The notes beneath the pieces are model-generated. The model had not been told where the DNA came from. It was given only the letters and a program-made list of their open reading frames with translations, and made no database searches. A stretch of 64,000 bases of DNA from Vulcanimicrobiota bacterium (lineage in GTDB: Bacteria > Vulcanimicrobiota > Xenobia > Xenobiales > JADMJV01), in contig JBFWNU010000013.1 of assembly GCA_050250895.1 (NCBI GenBank), forward strand, positions 30,462-94,461, in the 5' to 3' direction. The translations under genes and the position numbers were made by a program. Positions 1 to 9,627 of the stretch are shown one piece after another. The first letter of the stretch is position 1, and the number at the start of each line of letters is the position of its first letter.

Positions 1-2
1 GG

Positions 3-164
3 ATCGATTTGACCGCGGTGGCCTGGCATTCTCCGTATCGGCAGCACGCTGCTCGGGTGTGGCTTACCCCCGTCGCTTTCGTCGAGCGTCTTGACGCCCG
101 CCACCTGCGAGCGGCCGTGGCTGCTCATCTTGCCAAGGAGGACCCATGGAAGGGCGGGTGGTGA
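3..164 (+). CDS. Possible 3' end of an upstream gene (partial, hypothetical)
   Basis: Open frame from the window edge (IDLTAVAWHSPYRQ...KEDPWKGGW*) ending at TGA 162-164, overlapping the next gene's start region. Confidence 0.3.
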   Translation: MDLTAVAWHSPYRQHAARVWLTPVAFVERLDARHLRAAVAAHLAKEDPWKGGW

Positions 165-1270
165 AGCGGCGGCGCCAACTTGAGCGATTCTTGCTGCCGC
201 GGTTGGATGGCCAAACCTGGTCCCACTCGTTGGGCGAGCAGACTACCTTCGACGGCCACTCTATTGGCATGGCCTATGAAACGGGTTTGCTGATTGAAAT
301 CAGGGTCAAGCATCTGCGCACTCGAGCCACGGCCGAGATCGAATTCTACGAGCCAGGTTGTCGCCTTCGCTACTACGGCGATATCGTGCTCAGCAGCCGT
401 CGCGATCTCGTGCGACTCTGTCGCCTGGTGGATAGAGTCCGGGCCTTCGCTGAGACCAGACAGTGGCAGGGGTCCCCGATTAGCGACGCCGCCGATGAGC
501 AGCTTGAGCCTGCCAGCGACGAAGCTCACGAGGTCTATCGCGCTGTGCTTGAGGCCCTTTATCCCGAGTCTCCCCCTGTCTATCACCGCATCCGCTCACA
601 AGTGCTCGATTGGCCTGAACTATGGTACGACGTGCGAGCACGGCGGCTGGATCTCGACCGAGAGGCCTTTCTCGCCTGGGCTGCCGCCCCGAACCAGCGC
701 CTCGTCGGCAAAGGTCCCGAGGTGTTGGACCATTTTCCTACTCCGTTTGATTTCTACGCTCGCTTTCCTCGAGCGCCTGGGCTCGTCACCTTCAGTCCGG
801 TGGGCTTTGACTCACACCTTCAACGAGCGTGTGTCTGGCTCGAGCACGATACACTGCTCAAAGGTTTCGAGCGAGGGCCGATGACCGACAAAGCCGGGCG
901 TTACCGCTCGGTGCGGCGACTGCTCGCCCTGACACGACACGATGACTGGCGACTCGATGGCTGGATCGAAGGGCACCCTGGCGAGAACGAATGGAAGGAG
1001 TTCGAGCGGGCTCGTCTGGCGGCGCTTCTTCCGAAACACGTGGTGCTCAAGCGACTTGAGTACCACGAGGAAAGGCCAGGTAGCGCTCTACTAGAGGCAA
1101 CCTGGAAGGGTACAACCCGTCAGGTGTTGGTGGTTGACCGATGGGCCCTACCGCGCCTACTATCTGGATATCCCAGCGTTCTCGTCCCGGGCATGCCCAC
1201 GGTGATCACATACCCTCTGAGTCCCGAGGTCATTGTTGAGGGGATTCAAGCTCTACTTGACGAGGCATGA
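146..1270 (+). CDS. Hypothetical protein
   Basis: 374-aa ORF with an AAGGAGG RBS just before ATG146; no recognisable motif. Confidence 0.55.
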   Translation: MEGRVVKRRRQLERFLLPRLDGQTWSHSLGEQTTFDGHSIGMAYETGLLIEIRVKHLRTRATAEIEFYEPGCRLRYYGDIVLSSRRDLVRLCRLVDRVRAFAETRQWQGSPISDAADEQLEPASDEAHEVYRAVLEALYPESPPVYHRIRSQVLDWPELWYDVRARRLDLDREAFLAWAAAPNQRLVGKGPEVLDHFPTPFDFYARFPRAPGLVTFSPVGFDSHLQRACVWLEHDTLLKGFERGPMTDKAGRYRSVRRLLALTRHDDWRLDGWIEGHPGENEWKEFERARLAALLPKHVVLKRLEYHEERPGSALLEATWKGTTRQVLVVDRWALPRLLSGYPSVLVPGMPTVITYPLSPEVIVEGIQALLDEA

Positions 1271-1295
1271 GGTCGGGCCTGGTGAATCAAGGGGA

Positions 1296-2636
1296 GTGGA
1301 CGAGTTAGCGCGCTTTATCCTGAGCGCTCGAGGAGAGGGTCGGGCCGAGAGCGAGGGGCAACTCGAACTCGACGTCGAGAAGGCAGTGGACAAGCTCAAC
1401 CGGGCCCGTCTGCCTGGGCCGACGACCTTCTTGCTGCTGGCCACGCAAGCCCTGGTGCAGACCAACTGCGCTCCCATCAAAGCCTGGAGCTGGCGCAGAT
1501 TCAAGCTGACCGGCGGTGCGGCCCCGGAGTCCCTGCATCCCGAAGCGATCCTGGCTCGTCTGGACTCGCTCCTGACCAGCTGGACATCCCCCCTGGAACG
1601 AATGGTGGTGGCCTGGCAAAGCGCCGAGGCCCAGCCGCTGCAGTCGCTCGTCTGGTATTGGTACGATGGCCAGGAGCGTGTTCGCTTGCGCTGGGACGGG
1701 CGCAAGCGCTATCTCGAAAAACCGCGCTGGGGAGGAGTCGGCACCGCTTTCATTGCCACCCCCCGCAACTGGCAACAGTTCCACCATCGGTGCCTCCCCT
1801 TGTTTGACCAGTTCCGCTGGTCCCCAGTGCCGCTTTTTGCCGGCGGAGCCCGCAAATACGGGGCTCCCGACCACCGCGATGCGGTGGCGGTGAGTTTTCG
1901 CCAGGTGGATGAGCCGGTGCCCGAGCACAGCTTCTCTTATCTTGCCTTTCCCATGCAGCAAAACCCGTGCCTCAAGCAGTTGCTGGCCCACGTCACCCAC
2001 CAGCGCGGCGGTTCGGCCACCACCCAGATCGAGGTGGTCAAAGGCGACTTTCAGCCCAGCTATCGGGGGCCGATCCCGCTGGTCGATGAGCTCATCTGGC
2101 TCGACCCGCGCTCGGCGGGCGAGATTCGGTTTGTCCAGCACGGAGTCCACACGGCCACCTTCGAGTGGGGTCTGCCCGGCGTGGTCATGGTCAGCCACTC
2201 GCGCGACCTGGACTTTGACCTGTCGGGGTTGGTTCCCATCGACAACGACAAATTCCAGGCGCGCTTTGACGAGCTGCTCGAGAGTCTGAGCCAGCTCGTG
2301 CCGCTGGCCCTCGAGCATGTCGATAGCTATCGACAACGGGCCGACCTGCCCCTGATGGACAAGAGCTTTAAAGTTGGAGGGATGGGCCTGGCCGGAGGAG
2401 CGGTGGCCGGCGGCGCCCTGGCCTTGCTCACGGGATTGCCTTTCTTGACCGTGGGTGCGGCCACGATGGTCCTGGGTACCTGGCTGGGCGGGCGCCGAGG
2501 TCATCGCCAGGACAAAGAAAGATACGTCCAAGATGTGCGGGGCTGGCTGGAACACCTTCAGCACGCTTTGAAGGAATGGAAAGAGGCCGAAGGAAGCAGT
2601 GCGGATGAAGGTCCTGATCATCACCAAGACGGATGA
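1296..2636 (+). CDS. Hsp90/HtpG-like-fold family protein with C-terminal Gly-rich membrane hairpin
   Basis: N-terminal ESEGQLELDVEKAVDKL, mid FRWSPVPL and DLDFDLSG motifs shared with 17446-18681 and 31117-32442; hydrophobic GGMGLAGGAVAGGALALL segment. GTG1296 start chosen tentatively. Confidence 0.6.
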   Translation: MDELARFILSARGEGRAESEGQLELDVEKAVDKLNRARLPGPTTFLLLATQALVQTNCAPIKAWSWRRFKLTGGAAPESLHPEAILARLDSLLTSWTSPLERMVVAWQSAEAQPLQSLVWYWYDGQERVRLRWDGRKRYLEKPRWGGVGTAFIATPRNWQQFHHRCLPLFDQFRWSPVPLFAGGARKYGAPDHRDAVAVSFRQVDEPVPEHSFSYLAFPMQQNPCLKQLLAHVTHQRGGSATTQIEVVKGDFQPSYRGPIPLVDELIWLDPRSAGEIRFVQHGVHTATFEWGLPGVVMVSHSRDLDFDLSGLVPIDNDKFQARFDELLESLSQLVPLALEHVDSYRQRADLPLMDKSFKVGGMGLAGGAVAGGALALLTGLPFLTVGAATMVLGTWLGGRRGHRQDKERYVQDVRGWLEHLQHALKEWKEAEGSSADEGPDHHQDG

Positions 2637-3591
2637 AAACGACTCGGTTCGACTGGTAAGCGAGGCCCTGCAAGCGCGCGGGGCCAGCGTCATCCGCCTC
2701 GACACCGACCTCTACCCGCAGGATGTGCGGCTGGCCAGCACCTATGAGAACGGCAAGTCCAAGATGGTGGTCAGCAGTGGTGGCCGGCGCCTCGACCTGG
2801 GTGACGTCGAGGCCGTCTATTATCGTCGTTTCGCGGCCGGCAATCTGCTCGACCCGCGCCAGCTGGGCGATACTCACGAGGCCTGCTTCAAAGAGTCGCG
2901 GCTGACCCTGTACGGCCATATCGTCTCCATGGATTGCTTTCATCTCGACCGCCTGGCGTCGGTGCGCAAAGCCGACTATAAAGAGCTTCAATTGCGCGAG
3001 GCGCAACGGCTCGGCATCGCCTGCCCGCGCACCCTGATCACCAACGACCCTGACGCCGTGCTCGAATTTCTGACCCGCACCAAAGGCCGGGTCATCACCA
3101 AGATGCAGTCGCAGTTCGCCATCTATCGCGAGGGCGAAGAGAACGTGGTCTTCACCAACGAGCTCAAGCTCGACGACCTGTCGAGCCTCGACGGGCTGCG
3201 CTTTAGTCCGATGATGTTTCAAGAGATGGTGCCCAAGCAGCTCGAACTGCGGGTGACCACGGTGGGCCACCGGGTCTTTGCGGCCGCCATCGATTCGCAA
3301 GTCTCCGACCGTGCCAAAGTCGACTGGCGCCGCGACGGTCACGCCCTCATCGACTCGTGGCAGCCTTACGAGTTTCCGCCCGACGAGGCCGAAAAGCTGC
3401 TCAAGCTAGCCAGCTGGTTCGGGCTCAACTATTCGGCGGCCGACTACATCCTGACTCCCGACGGGCAACTGGTATTCCTCGAGATGAACGCCGCCGGAGA
3501 GTGGTTCTGGCTGCAACTGATGAGCGGCCTCAACATCGCTGAAGCCATGGCCGAGGTGCTCGTCGATCCGGCCGCCCGCCGAGTGGGTTAG
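2605..3591 (+). CDS. mvdD: ATP-grasp RiPP (graspetide) maturase, MvdD/MdnC (ester-forming) family
   Basis: Motifs RLDTDLYP, KELQL, ITKMQSQFAIY..VVFTN, GLRFSPMMFQE..LELR, DWRRDG, FGLNY, FLEMNAAGEWFWL parallel microviridin MdnC/MvdD. Confidence 0.9.
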   Translation: MKVLIITKTDENDSVRLVSEALQARGASVIRLDTDLYPQDVRLASTYENGKSKMVVSSGGRRLDLGDVEAVYYRRFAAGNLLDPRQLGDTHEACFKESRLTLYGHIVSMDCFHLDRLASVRKADYKELQLREAQRLGIACPRTLITNDPDAVLEFLTRTKGRVITKMQSQFAIYREGEENVVFTNELKLDDLSSLDGLRFSPMMFQEMVPKQLELRVTTVGHRVFAAAIDSQVSDRAKVDWRRDGHALIDSWQPYEFPPDEAEKLLKLASWFGLNYSAADYILTPDGQLVFLEMNAAGEWFWLQLMSGLNIAEAMAEVLVDPAARRVG

Positions 3592-4253
3592 CGTTCGGCG
3601 ATAAACACGCTCATGGCCGCCACCGAGCCAGGATAGAGCGGGTTGCGGTCGGGGATGTTCTTGTCGTCTCCGAAGATCTCCCAGAGCACGGGGAAGAGTC
3701 CCAGTTCCGACGGTAGCCGACCGTCAAGCTGCAGATCCCCGTCGTGTTCTCGATGGGCGGTGAGACGGTAGCGCTCGGAGTTCGCGCTGCGAATCTCGAA
3801 GTCGCCGCTGCGAGGATCGCGGTCGATGGAAAAGCTCAGACCGTGGCTCGTGAAATCGACCTGCTCGTCGCCCTCGCGGAGCTCGCGCTCGATGTGGCCC
3901 CGCACGCCTCCGCGCAGGTCTAGCTGGCGGCCCTGATCGGATCGGTCGAGCTCGAGGCGCCGGCCGTTGAGCTCGATCGTGGTGTCGCCGTCGGGCCTAC
4001 CGCGAGCGATGGTTCCTTCGAGGTGGCGCCCGCCGTAGCGGCCGGTGAGAGAATTGTAGCCCTGGGCGGCGTCGCGTCCGACGGTCAGGTCGACCCGGTC
4101 GGCGCCGATTCCGCCTTCGATATGCGCATCGCCGTCGCTCGCGCCCCGGTGAACCTCGAGTTCAACCCGGTTCGGGCCGAAAGAACCTCGAATGGACGCG
4201 CTTCCGTTGGTGGGGTGGCGGTCGATAGTGATGCGAACAGGCACGGTAGACAT
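3588..4253 (-). CDS. Hypothetical beta-rich repeat protein
   Basis: ~220-aa ORF with recurring I/L-x-G-x-x-G-x-x-R-V/L-x-L segments; lies between the ATP-grasp gene and the precursor. Confidence 0.6.
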   Translation of the reverse strand: MSTVPVRITIDRHPTNGSASIRGSFGPNRVELEVHRGASDGDAHIEGGIGADRVDLTVGRDAAQGYNSLTGRYGGRHLEGTIARGRPDGDTTIELNGRRLELDRSDQGRQLDLRGGVRGHIERELREGDEQVDFTSHGLSFSIDRDPRSGDFEIRSANSERYRLTAHREHDGDLQLDGRLPSELGLFPVLWEIFGDDKNIPDRNPLYPGSVAAMSVFIAER

Positions 4254-4288
4254 GGCCACACTCTAATCGGCCATGATCAAAACAACGT

Positions 4289-4317
4289 AAAAAAACAGGC
4301 CCGCGTTGCCGCGGGCC
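4289..4317 (-). terminator. Rho-independent terminator of the precursor gene
   Basis: Minus strand GGCCCGCG-GCAA-CGCGGGCC hairpin followed by TG and a T7 run, a few bases after the stop at 4324. Confidence 0.85.
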
Positions 4318-4323
4318 GGGGTG

Positions 4324-4923
4324 TTAGGTGGGTCGGATGCCGCCCAGGTCGTGGTCGCTATCACTGGGATAGCGCAGCGTGGAAATGACTGGCGGCTTGG
4401 GACCGATGGGACACGAGTCGTGGTCAGAATCAGAGGGGTAGGCCATCGTCGTCAAGTGGGGAGGCTTGCCGCCGTGAAAGGGGGGCTTGCCACCAATGTC
4501 ACCATCGCTATCGCTAGGGTAGCGAAGGGTCGAGATGCCCGGCGGCTTCGGACCGATCGGACACGAGTCGTGGTCAGAGTCTGAAGGGTAGGCCATGGTC
4601 GTCAATTGGGGAGGCTTGCCGGGATGGTTCGGAGGCCTGCCACCACCGTCGTGGTCTGAGTCGGACGGATAGGCCATGGTGGTCATTTGCGGAGGCTTAG
4701 GACAACCGCCGCGGTGCTGGTCTTCGAGAAAGCGCTCGAAGAAGGGGCGACTGGCTGCGTTGTGGCCTCCGCCAACGTCGTTCCAGGTGCGACCGAGCAA
4801 ACCGTTGAGAGCTTTGGCACGAATGCCGGAGCCGCTATCGACGGCGGACTCAGCCGCGGCCTGGGGGGTGAGATTATATTGAAAGGGACGAGCTTCGATG
4901 GACGTTGCACTGGTGATTCGCAT
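4324..4923 (-). CDS. Multicore microviridin-like (group 1 graspetide) precursor peptide
   Basis: GGAGG RBS before ATG4923; leader motif PFFERFL (cf. PFFARFL); five cores TTMAYPSDSDHD x3, STLRYPSDSDGD, STLRYPSDSDHD. Confidence 0.9.
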   Translation of the reverse strand: MRITSATSIEARPFQYNLTPQAAAESAVDSGSGIRAKALNGLLGRTWNDVGGGHNAASRPFFERFLEDQHRGGCPKPPQMTTMAYPSDSDHDGGGRPPNHPGKPPQLTTMAYPSDSDHDSCPIGPKPPGISTLRYPSDSDGDIGGKPPFHGGKPPHLTTMAYPSDSDHDSCPIGPKPPVISTLRYPSDSDHDLGGIRPT

Positions 4924-5060
4924 CTTAACCTCCGCGTGTGTGCTTCTATGGGTTAAATGCAACAGCACGATGTTTCCAAGTCGTGAACATCAGGTTAAAT
5001 GAAAATTAAAGACTTGCAATCTCTGGAAAAATCGGTTTTTGCCGACACTATTCAGTGTCC

Positions 5061-5912
5061 CTAGCTGAGAGCGACCAGCAGAGAGCCCAATCCCGCCAGG
5101 GCCAGGGCCGCCAACCGCCGCGGAGTCAGCCGCTCGTGCAGCACCAACCAGGCCAGCAAGATCACGAACACCGTGGAAAGCTGGTTGTAGATGGCCGCCC
5201 GCCCGGGAGTGGTGTACTTGAAGCCAGAGATCCAGAACACGGTGGCCAGGTACGGACCCAGCAGACTGAGGGGGATGGTCCATTTATAGAGGTCGGTCTG
5301 GCGAAAACCTGCCCACAAATCCTCACCGCGCCACCAGGCGTAGAGCCCCAGCACGGCCGTGGCCACCAGAAAGCGATAGCCGGCGATCCACAGGACCGAC
5401 TCGGTGCGATAGAGATCTCGCACCATCAAGATGCCGACCGCCATGACGACGTGGGCCCCGGCGGCCAGAGCTACTCCGGAGAGCAATTCACGGGGTGGGG
5501 CCTCGGAGTCAAAGCGCAGCCCCACGCCGACCAGCACGCCCGCCACCACCAGGGCGCCACCCACCACCTCCCAGCCGTTAAGACCCTCGCCGAACATCAG
5601 AAAGCCCACGAAGGCCACCGAAGGAGCGTAGATGCAATCGGCAATCGCCTGCAGACTCGCCCCCAACCGGTTGAGAGCAGCCACGAACAAAGTGTCCGCA
5701 ATGGAGATGCCCAGGATCGCGCTAATCGCCAGCCGGCCGTAGGCCACGGGCGGAAGGTCAGGCCACAGCGGCAGGCCCAGGTAAAGGATGGTCGTGTAGA
5801 AGCACACCAGGGCAACCGCACTTTTGAAGAAGGTCAGCGGAATGGGCGCCAACCGCAGCCCCGACAGCCGCAACAAGATCACGGCGACCGACCAGAGCAA
5901 AGCCGAGGCCAT
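5061..5912 (-). CDS. DMT/EamA family transporter
   Basis: ~10 hydrophobic helices, two EamA halves (LGASLQA..., ...LVLHERLT); true start may lie slightly upstream. Confidence 0.85.
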   Translation of the reverse strand: MASALLWSVAVILLRLSGLRLAPIPLTFFKSAVALVCFYTTILYLGLPLWPDLPPVAYGRLAISAILGISIADTLFVAALNRLGASLQAIADCIYAPSVAFVGFLMFGEGLNGWEVVGGALVVAGVLVGVGLRFDSEAPPRELLSGVALAAGAHVVMAVGILMVRDLYRTESVLWIAGYRFLVATAVLGLYAWWRGEDLWAGFRQTDLYKWTIPLSLLGPYLATVFWISGFKYTTPGRAAIYNQLSTVFVILLAWLVLHERLTPRRLAALALAGLGSLLVALS

Positions 5913-6013
5913 CGCCGAGAATTCGCCGTGGATGACCGGTTCGAACGCCTTTGCCAGAGTTTCTAACAGGCGCCGAGGATTCTGCCTGGCTCAGCGCCTT
6001 CCTTCGTGCCGGG

Positions 6014-7549
6014 TTAGTAAGCCACGGCGAAAAGGACCTGCTCCTTGGCGGGCTTGCCCGAGTAGACGCAGACGCCTTCGCCGCCGGGCTGGTCGAAGGG
6101 AATGCAGCGCACGGTGCCTTTGGTCTCTTCTTTGATCTTCGCCTCGGCCTCTTCGTCCTCGTTAAACCAGCAGCGAACGAAGCCTTTGCGCTCGGCCAGG
6201 GCGGCTTTGAGCTCGTCGTAGTTGTTCGCCTCGACGGTGTGCTCGTCGCGAAAGGTCGAGGCTTGCTCGAGCATGCGAGCCTGGATCTCTTCGACCTTGC
6301 CGGCCAGCCACTCGGGAGTGGCCTCGGCCAGCTCGTGAAACGACTTGCTGCGGTCCAGGCGCAGCTTGAGCACGAAGTTGCCCTTCTCGACATCGCGAGG
6401 GCCGACCTCGATGCGGAACGGCACGCCGCGCTGCTCCCAATAGAAGTGCTTCTCGACCGGCTTCTGATCGCGCAGGTCGAGCACTACCTGTTGGGCAGCC
6501 GTGTCGTCGGTGAAAACCGAGAGTTGATCGCGGTTGCCCACTCGCGACTCGGCCGCGGCCAGGCGCTTGTCTCCGCATAAGCCAGCCACGATGCGCTTGC
6601 AATACTCGAGCACCTGGGCCTTCTCTTCGTCCTTGCGGTAGATGGGCACCACGGCGGCCAGCACCGGGGCCATGCGGGGGGGCAACACCAGCCCCTCGTC
6701 GTCAGAGTGGGTCATCAGCAGGGCGCCGATGAGGCGGGTGCTGGCTCCCCATGAAGTGGTATGGCACAGGTGTTGCTGATTGTCACGACCGAGGAACTGG
6801 ATATTGAAGGCCCGGGCGAAATTCTGGCCCAGGTTGTGCGAGGTGCCGGCCTGCAAGGCCTTGCAGTCTTGCATGAGGGCCTCGATGCAATAGGTCGTGT
6901 CCGCTCCCGGAAACTTCTCGCTCTTGGTCTTGCGGCCTTTGATGACGGGCACGGCCAGAAACTCGTGAGCAAAGTCAGAATAGACGTCGAGCATCTGCAG
7001 AGTCTCGGCTTCGGCCTCTTCGTGGTTCTCGTGAGCGGTGTGGCCCTCTTGCCAGAGAAACTCGGCCGTGCGCAGAAACAGGCGAGTGCGCAGCTCCCAG
7101 CGCATGACGTTGGCCCATTGGTTGATCAGCACCGGCAGGTCGCGATAGCTCTGCACCCACTGGGCATACATGTGTCCGATGACCGTTTCAGAGGTCGGCC
7201 GCACGATCAAGGGCTCGGCCAGTTCGCCTTTGGCCACCAGCCCATCGTCGCCTTTCTCGAGGCCGCTGTGGGTGACCACTGCGCACTCCATAGCGAAGCC
7301 CTCGACGTGGTCAGCCTCTTTCTGCAGAAAGCTCACCGGAATCAGCAGCGGAAAGTAGGCGTTGACGTGACCGGTGGCTTTGAAGCGCCGGTCGAGATCA
7401 CGCTGGATCCCCTCCCAGAGGGCGTAGCCGGTAGGCCGAATGACCATGCATCCGCGCACCGGCGAATAGTCGGCCAACTCGGCCGCCTTGATGACGTCTA
7501 AATACCACTGCGAATAGTCTTCACTACGGGGTTTGATGTTTCTAGCCAT
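6014..7549 (-). CDS. proS: Proline--tRNA ligase (archaeal/eukaryote-like type)
   Basis: DYSQWY, VRGCMVIRP, RPTSET, FLRTAEFLWQEGHT, QAGTSHNLGQNF, C-terminal ...FAVAY. Confidence 0.97.
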   Translation of the reverse strand: MARNIKPRSEDYSQWYLDVIKAAELADYSPVRGCMVIRPTGYALWEGIQRDLDRRFKATGHVNAYFPLLIPVSFLQKEADHVEGFAMECAVVTHSGLEKGDDGLVAKGELAEPLIVRPTSETVIGHMYAQWVQSYRDLPVLINQWANVMRWELRTRLFLRTAEFLWQEGHTAHENHEEAEAETLQMLDVYSDFAHEFLAVPVIKGRKTKSEKFPGADTTYCIEALMQDCKALQAGTSHNLGQNFARAFNIQFLGRDNQQHLCHTTSWGASTRLIGALLMTHSDDEGLVLPPRMAPVLAAVVPIYRKDEEKAQVLEYCKRIVAGLCGDKRLAAAESRVGNRDQLSVFTDDTAAQQVVLDLRDQKPVEKHFYWEQRGVPFRIEVGPRDVEKGNFVLKLRLDRSKSFHELAEATPEWLAGKVEEIQARMLEQASTFRDEHTVEANNYDELKAALAERKGFVRCWFNEDEEAEAKIKEETKGTVRCIPFDQPGGEGVCVYSGKPAKEQVLFAVAY

Positions 7550-7701
7550 GGCGCCCCTCCTTCGCAGCCGCCCCCCCTCTAGCCTGCGCGTCGAGCCCTC
7601 AATTCGCCGTCAACACCGAAGGGGGAGGCGGGCCGCCAGAGGGCAAGAATCGCACCACCGGTCGGGGCGGGTCGGTGAAACTTTGCTCGGGCCGGCGGCC
7701 T

Positions 7702-9525
7702 TTAACCTAGCTCTACATCAGGGAAGTTATCCATCAGCCGCTCGCTGCGCATGCGTTTGGCCGTGTCGACGAAGCGATCCAGGTCGAGAGTGACCTGCTC
7801 TTTGACGCAGTAGCGGCGCCAGGTCACCTGGCGGGCCTGCTGTTCCTTCTCGCCGACGATCAGGATGTTGGGGATCTTCGAGGTCACGGCCGTGCGGATC
7901 TTCTTGTTGAAGCTGTCGTTGCCGAGATCGACCTCGGCCCGGAAGCCCAGCTTGTGCAACAGGCGCGACACTTCGACCGCGTAGTCGCCGAAGTTCTCGA
8001 CATGCACCGGCACCACCATCATCTGGGTGGGGGCCATCCAGGTAGGGAAGGCTCCCTTGAAGTGCTCGATGAGGAAAGCCAGAAAACGCTCGTGGGTGCC
8101 CAGCGGCGCGCGGTGGATGCAATAAGGAGTGTGATGCTCGCCGTCGGCGCCGACGTAGGTCAGGCCGAAACGTTCCGGCACGGCGAAATCGAGCTGATTG
8201 GTCGAGGCCGTCTCTTCGCGACCGACCACGTTCTGAATCTGGAAGTCGACTTTGGGTCCATAGAAGGCGGCCTCGCCGAAGCCGATCTCGAACTCGATGC
8301 CCGACTTCTCGAGAATCTTCTCGATGATCTTCTCCGACGATGCCCAGGCGGCCGGATTGTCGACGTATTTGGTCTTGTTGTCAGGATCGTAGACCGACAG
8401 GCGCATCCAATAACGAGCCAGCCGAAACATCTCGTAATAGTTACGATGCATCTCGAGCACGGCCGTGAATTCTTCTTCGAGCTGCTCGGCGGTGCAATAG
8501 ATATGGGCGTCGTTCATGCACATCCCACGCACCCGCAAAAGGCCCGCCAGGGCTCCTGATTGCTCGTAGCGATAACACTGGCCGTACTCGGCCAAACGCA
8601 GGGGCAACTCGCGATAAGAGCGAGGCCGGCTGCCGAAGATGAGGTGATGGAAGGGGCAGTTCATCGGCTTGAGATAATACTGCCGCTCTTCGTCGACCGT
8701 CATGGGCGGAAACATGGCGTCTTTGTAATACGGCAGATGGCCTGAAGTCTCGAACAGCTTGCCGTCGGTGACGTGGGGGGTGGCCACCCGCTGATAACCG
8801 GCCTGAAATTCGACCTCGCGGGCCAGGGCCTCGAGCTCTTCGCGCAAGACGGTGCCATTGGGCAGCCACAAGGGCAGACCCGGACCGACCTCATCGGAAA
8901 TGTGGAATAACTCGAGTTCTTTGCCCAGCTTACGATGGTCGAACTTGCGGGCTTCTTCGCGCAGCCGGATGAACTCCTTGAGTTCTTTCTTGTCCATGAA
9001 GGCCAGACCGTAGATGCGGGTCAGCATCTCGCGCTTCTCGTCACCGCGCCAGTAGGCTCCGGCCAGGTTATCGAGCTTGAAGCTGTCGGCCGGGATCTTG
9101 CCTGTGTCCTCGACGTGCGGTCCGGCACATAGGTCCTCGAAGGGCCCGTTGCGATAAAAACTGAGGGTCTCGCCGCGGTCGCCCAGTTCGCCGGCGTATT
9201 CGGCCTTGAGGTGCTCTCCCTGACCTTTGAGCATCTCGACCGCCTCGTCGGGGGACAATTCGCGATACTCGAACTCCTGGCGCTGATTGATGATCTTGCG
9301 CATCTCGTTTTCGATGGCCTTGAGGTCTTCATCCGAGATCGTCTGGGGCAGCAAGAAATCGTAATAGAACCCGTTCTCGACGGGTGGGCCGAAGCCCAGC
9401 TTGGTGCCGGGATAGAGCTTCTGAACGGCCTGGGCCATGATGTGGGCCAATGAGTGACGACGACAGTAGAGCGTGTCCTCGCTCTTGGCGGCGTGATCCA
9501 TAGTGGCGTAGGCTTTACGTGCCAT
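7702..9525 (-). CDS. thrS: Threonine--tRNA ligase (no N-terminal TGS domain)
   Basis: RHSLAHIMAQAV, DLCAGPH, DHRKLGKEL, KPMNCPFH, YRYEQSG, AAFYGPK, IHRAPLGTHERF. Confidence 0.97.
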   Translation of the reverse strand: MARKAYATMDHAAKSEDTLYCRRHSLAHIMAQAVQKLYPGTKLGFGPPVENGFYYDFLLPQTISDEDLKAIENEMRKIINQRQEFEYRELSPDEAVEMLKGQGEHLKAEYAGELGDRGETLSFYRNGPFEDLCAGPHVEDTGKIPADSFKLDNLAGAYWRGDEKREMLTRIYGLAFMDKKELKEFIRLREEARKFDHRKLGKELELFHISDEVGPGLPLWLPNGTVLREELEALAREVEFQAGYQRVATPHVTDGKLFETSGHLPYYKDAMFPPMTVDEERQYYLKPMNCPFHHLIFGSRPRSYRELPLRLAEYGQCYRYEQSGALAGLLRVRGMCMNDAHIYCTAEQLEEEFTAVLEMHRNYYEMFRLARYWMRLSVYDPDNKTKYVDNPAAWASSEKIIEKILEKSGIEFEIGFGEAAFYGPKVDFQIQNVVGREETASTNQLDFAVPERFGLTYVGADGEHHTPYCIHRAPLGTHERFLAFLIEHFKGAFPTWMAPTQMMVVPVHVENFGDYAVEVSRLLHKLGFRAEVDLGNDSFNKKIRTAVTSKIPNILIVGEKEQQARQVTWRRYCVKEQVTLDLDRFVDTAKRMRSERLMDNFPDVELG

Positions 9526-9627
9526 GACAATCTCCTTTGAAGGGGGCGCCTTCGTGTCGGGGACTGGGGGAACCTGTCATGGCCAGAAGTTCGAGGGGAC
9601 CGGGCCGAGCAAAGAGAAGTTAGCACC

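Noticed and set aside
1305-3342. Long antisense ORFs opposite real genes (e.g. 1305-2705, 2428-3342, and similar elsewhere)
   Set aside because: Typical shadow frames of high-GC coding DNA; the opposite strand carries the recognisable motifs
6014-9525. Archaeal/eukaryote-type ProRS and TGS-less ThrS as anomalies
   Set aside because: Both forms are well known in many bacterial phyla
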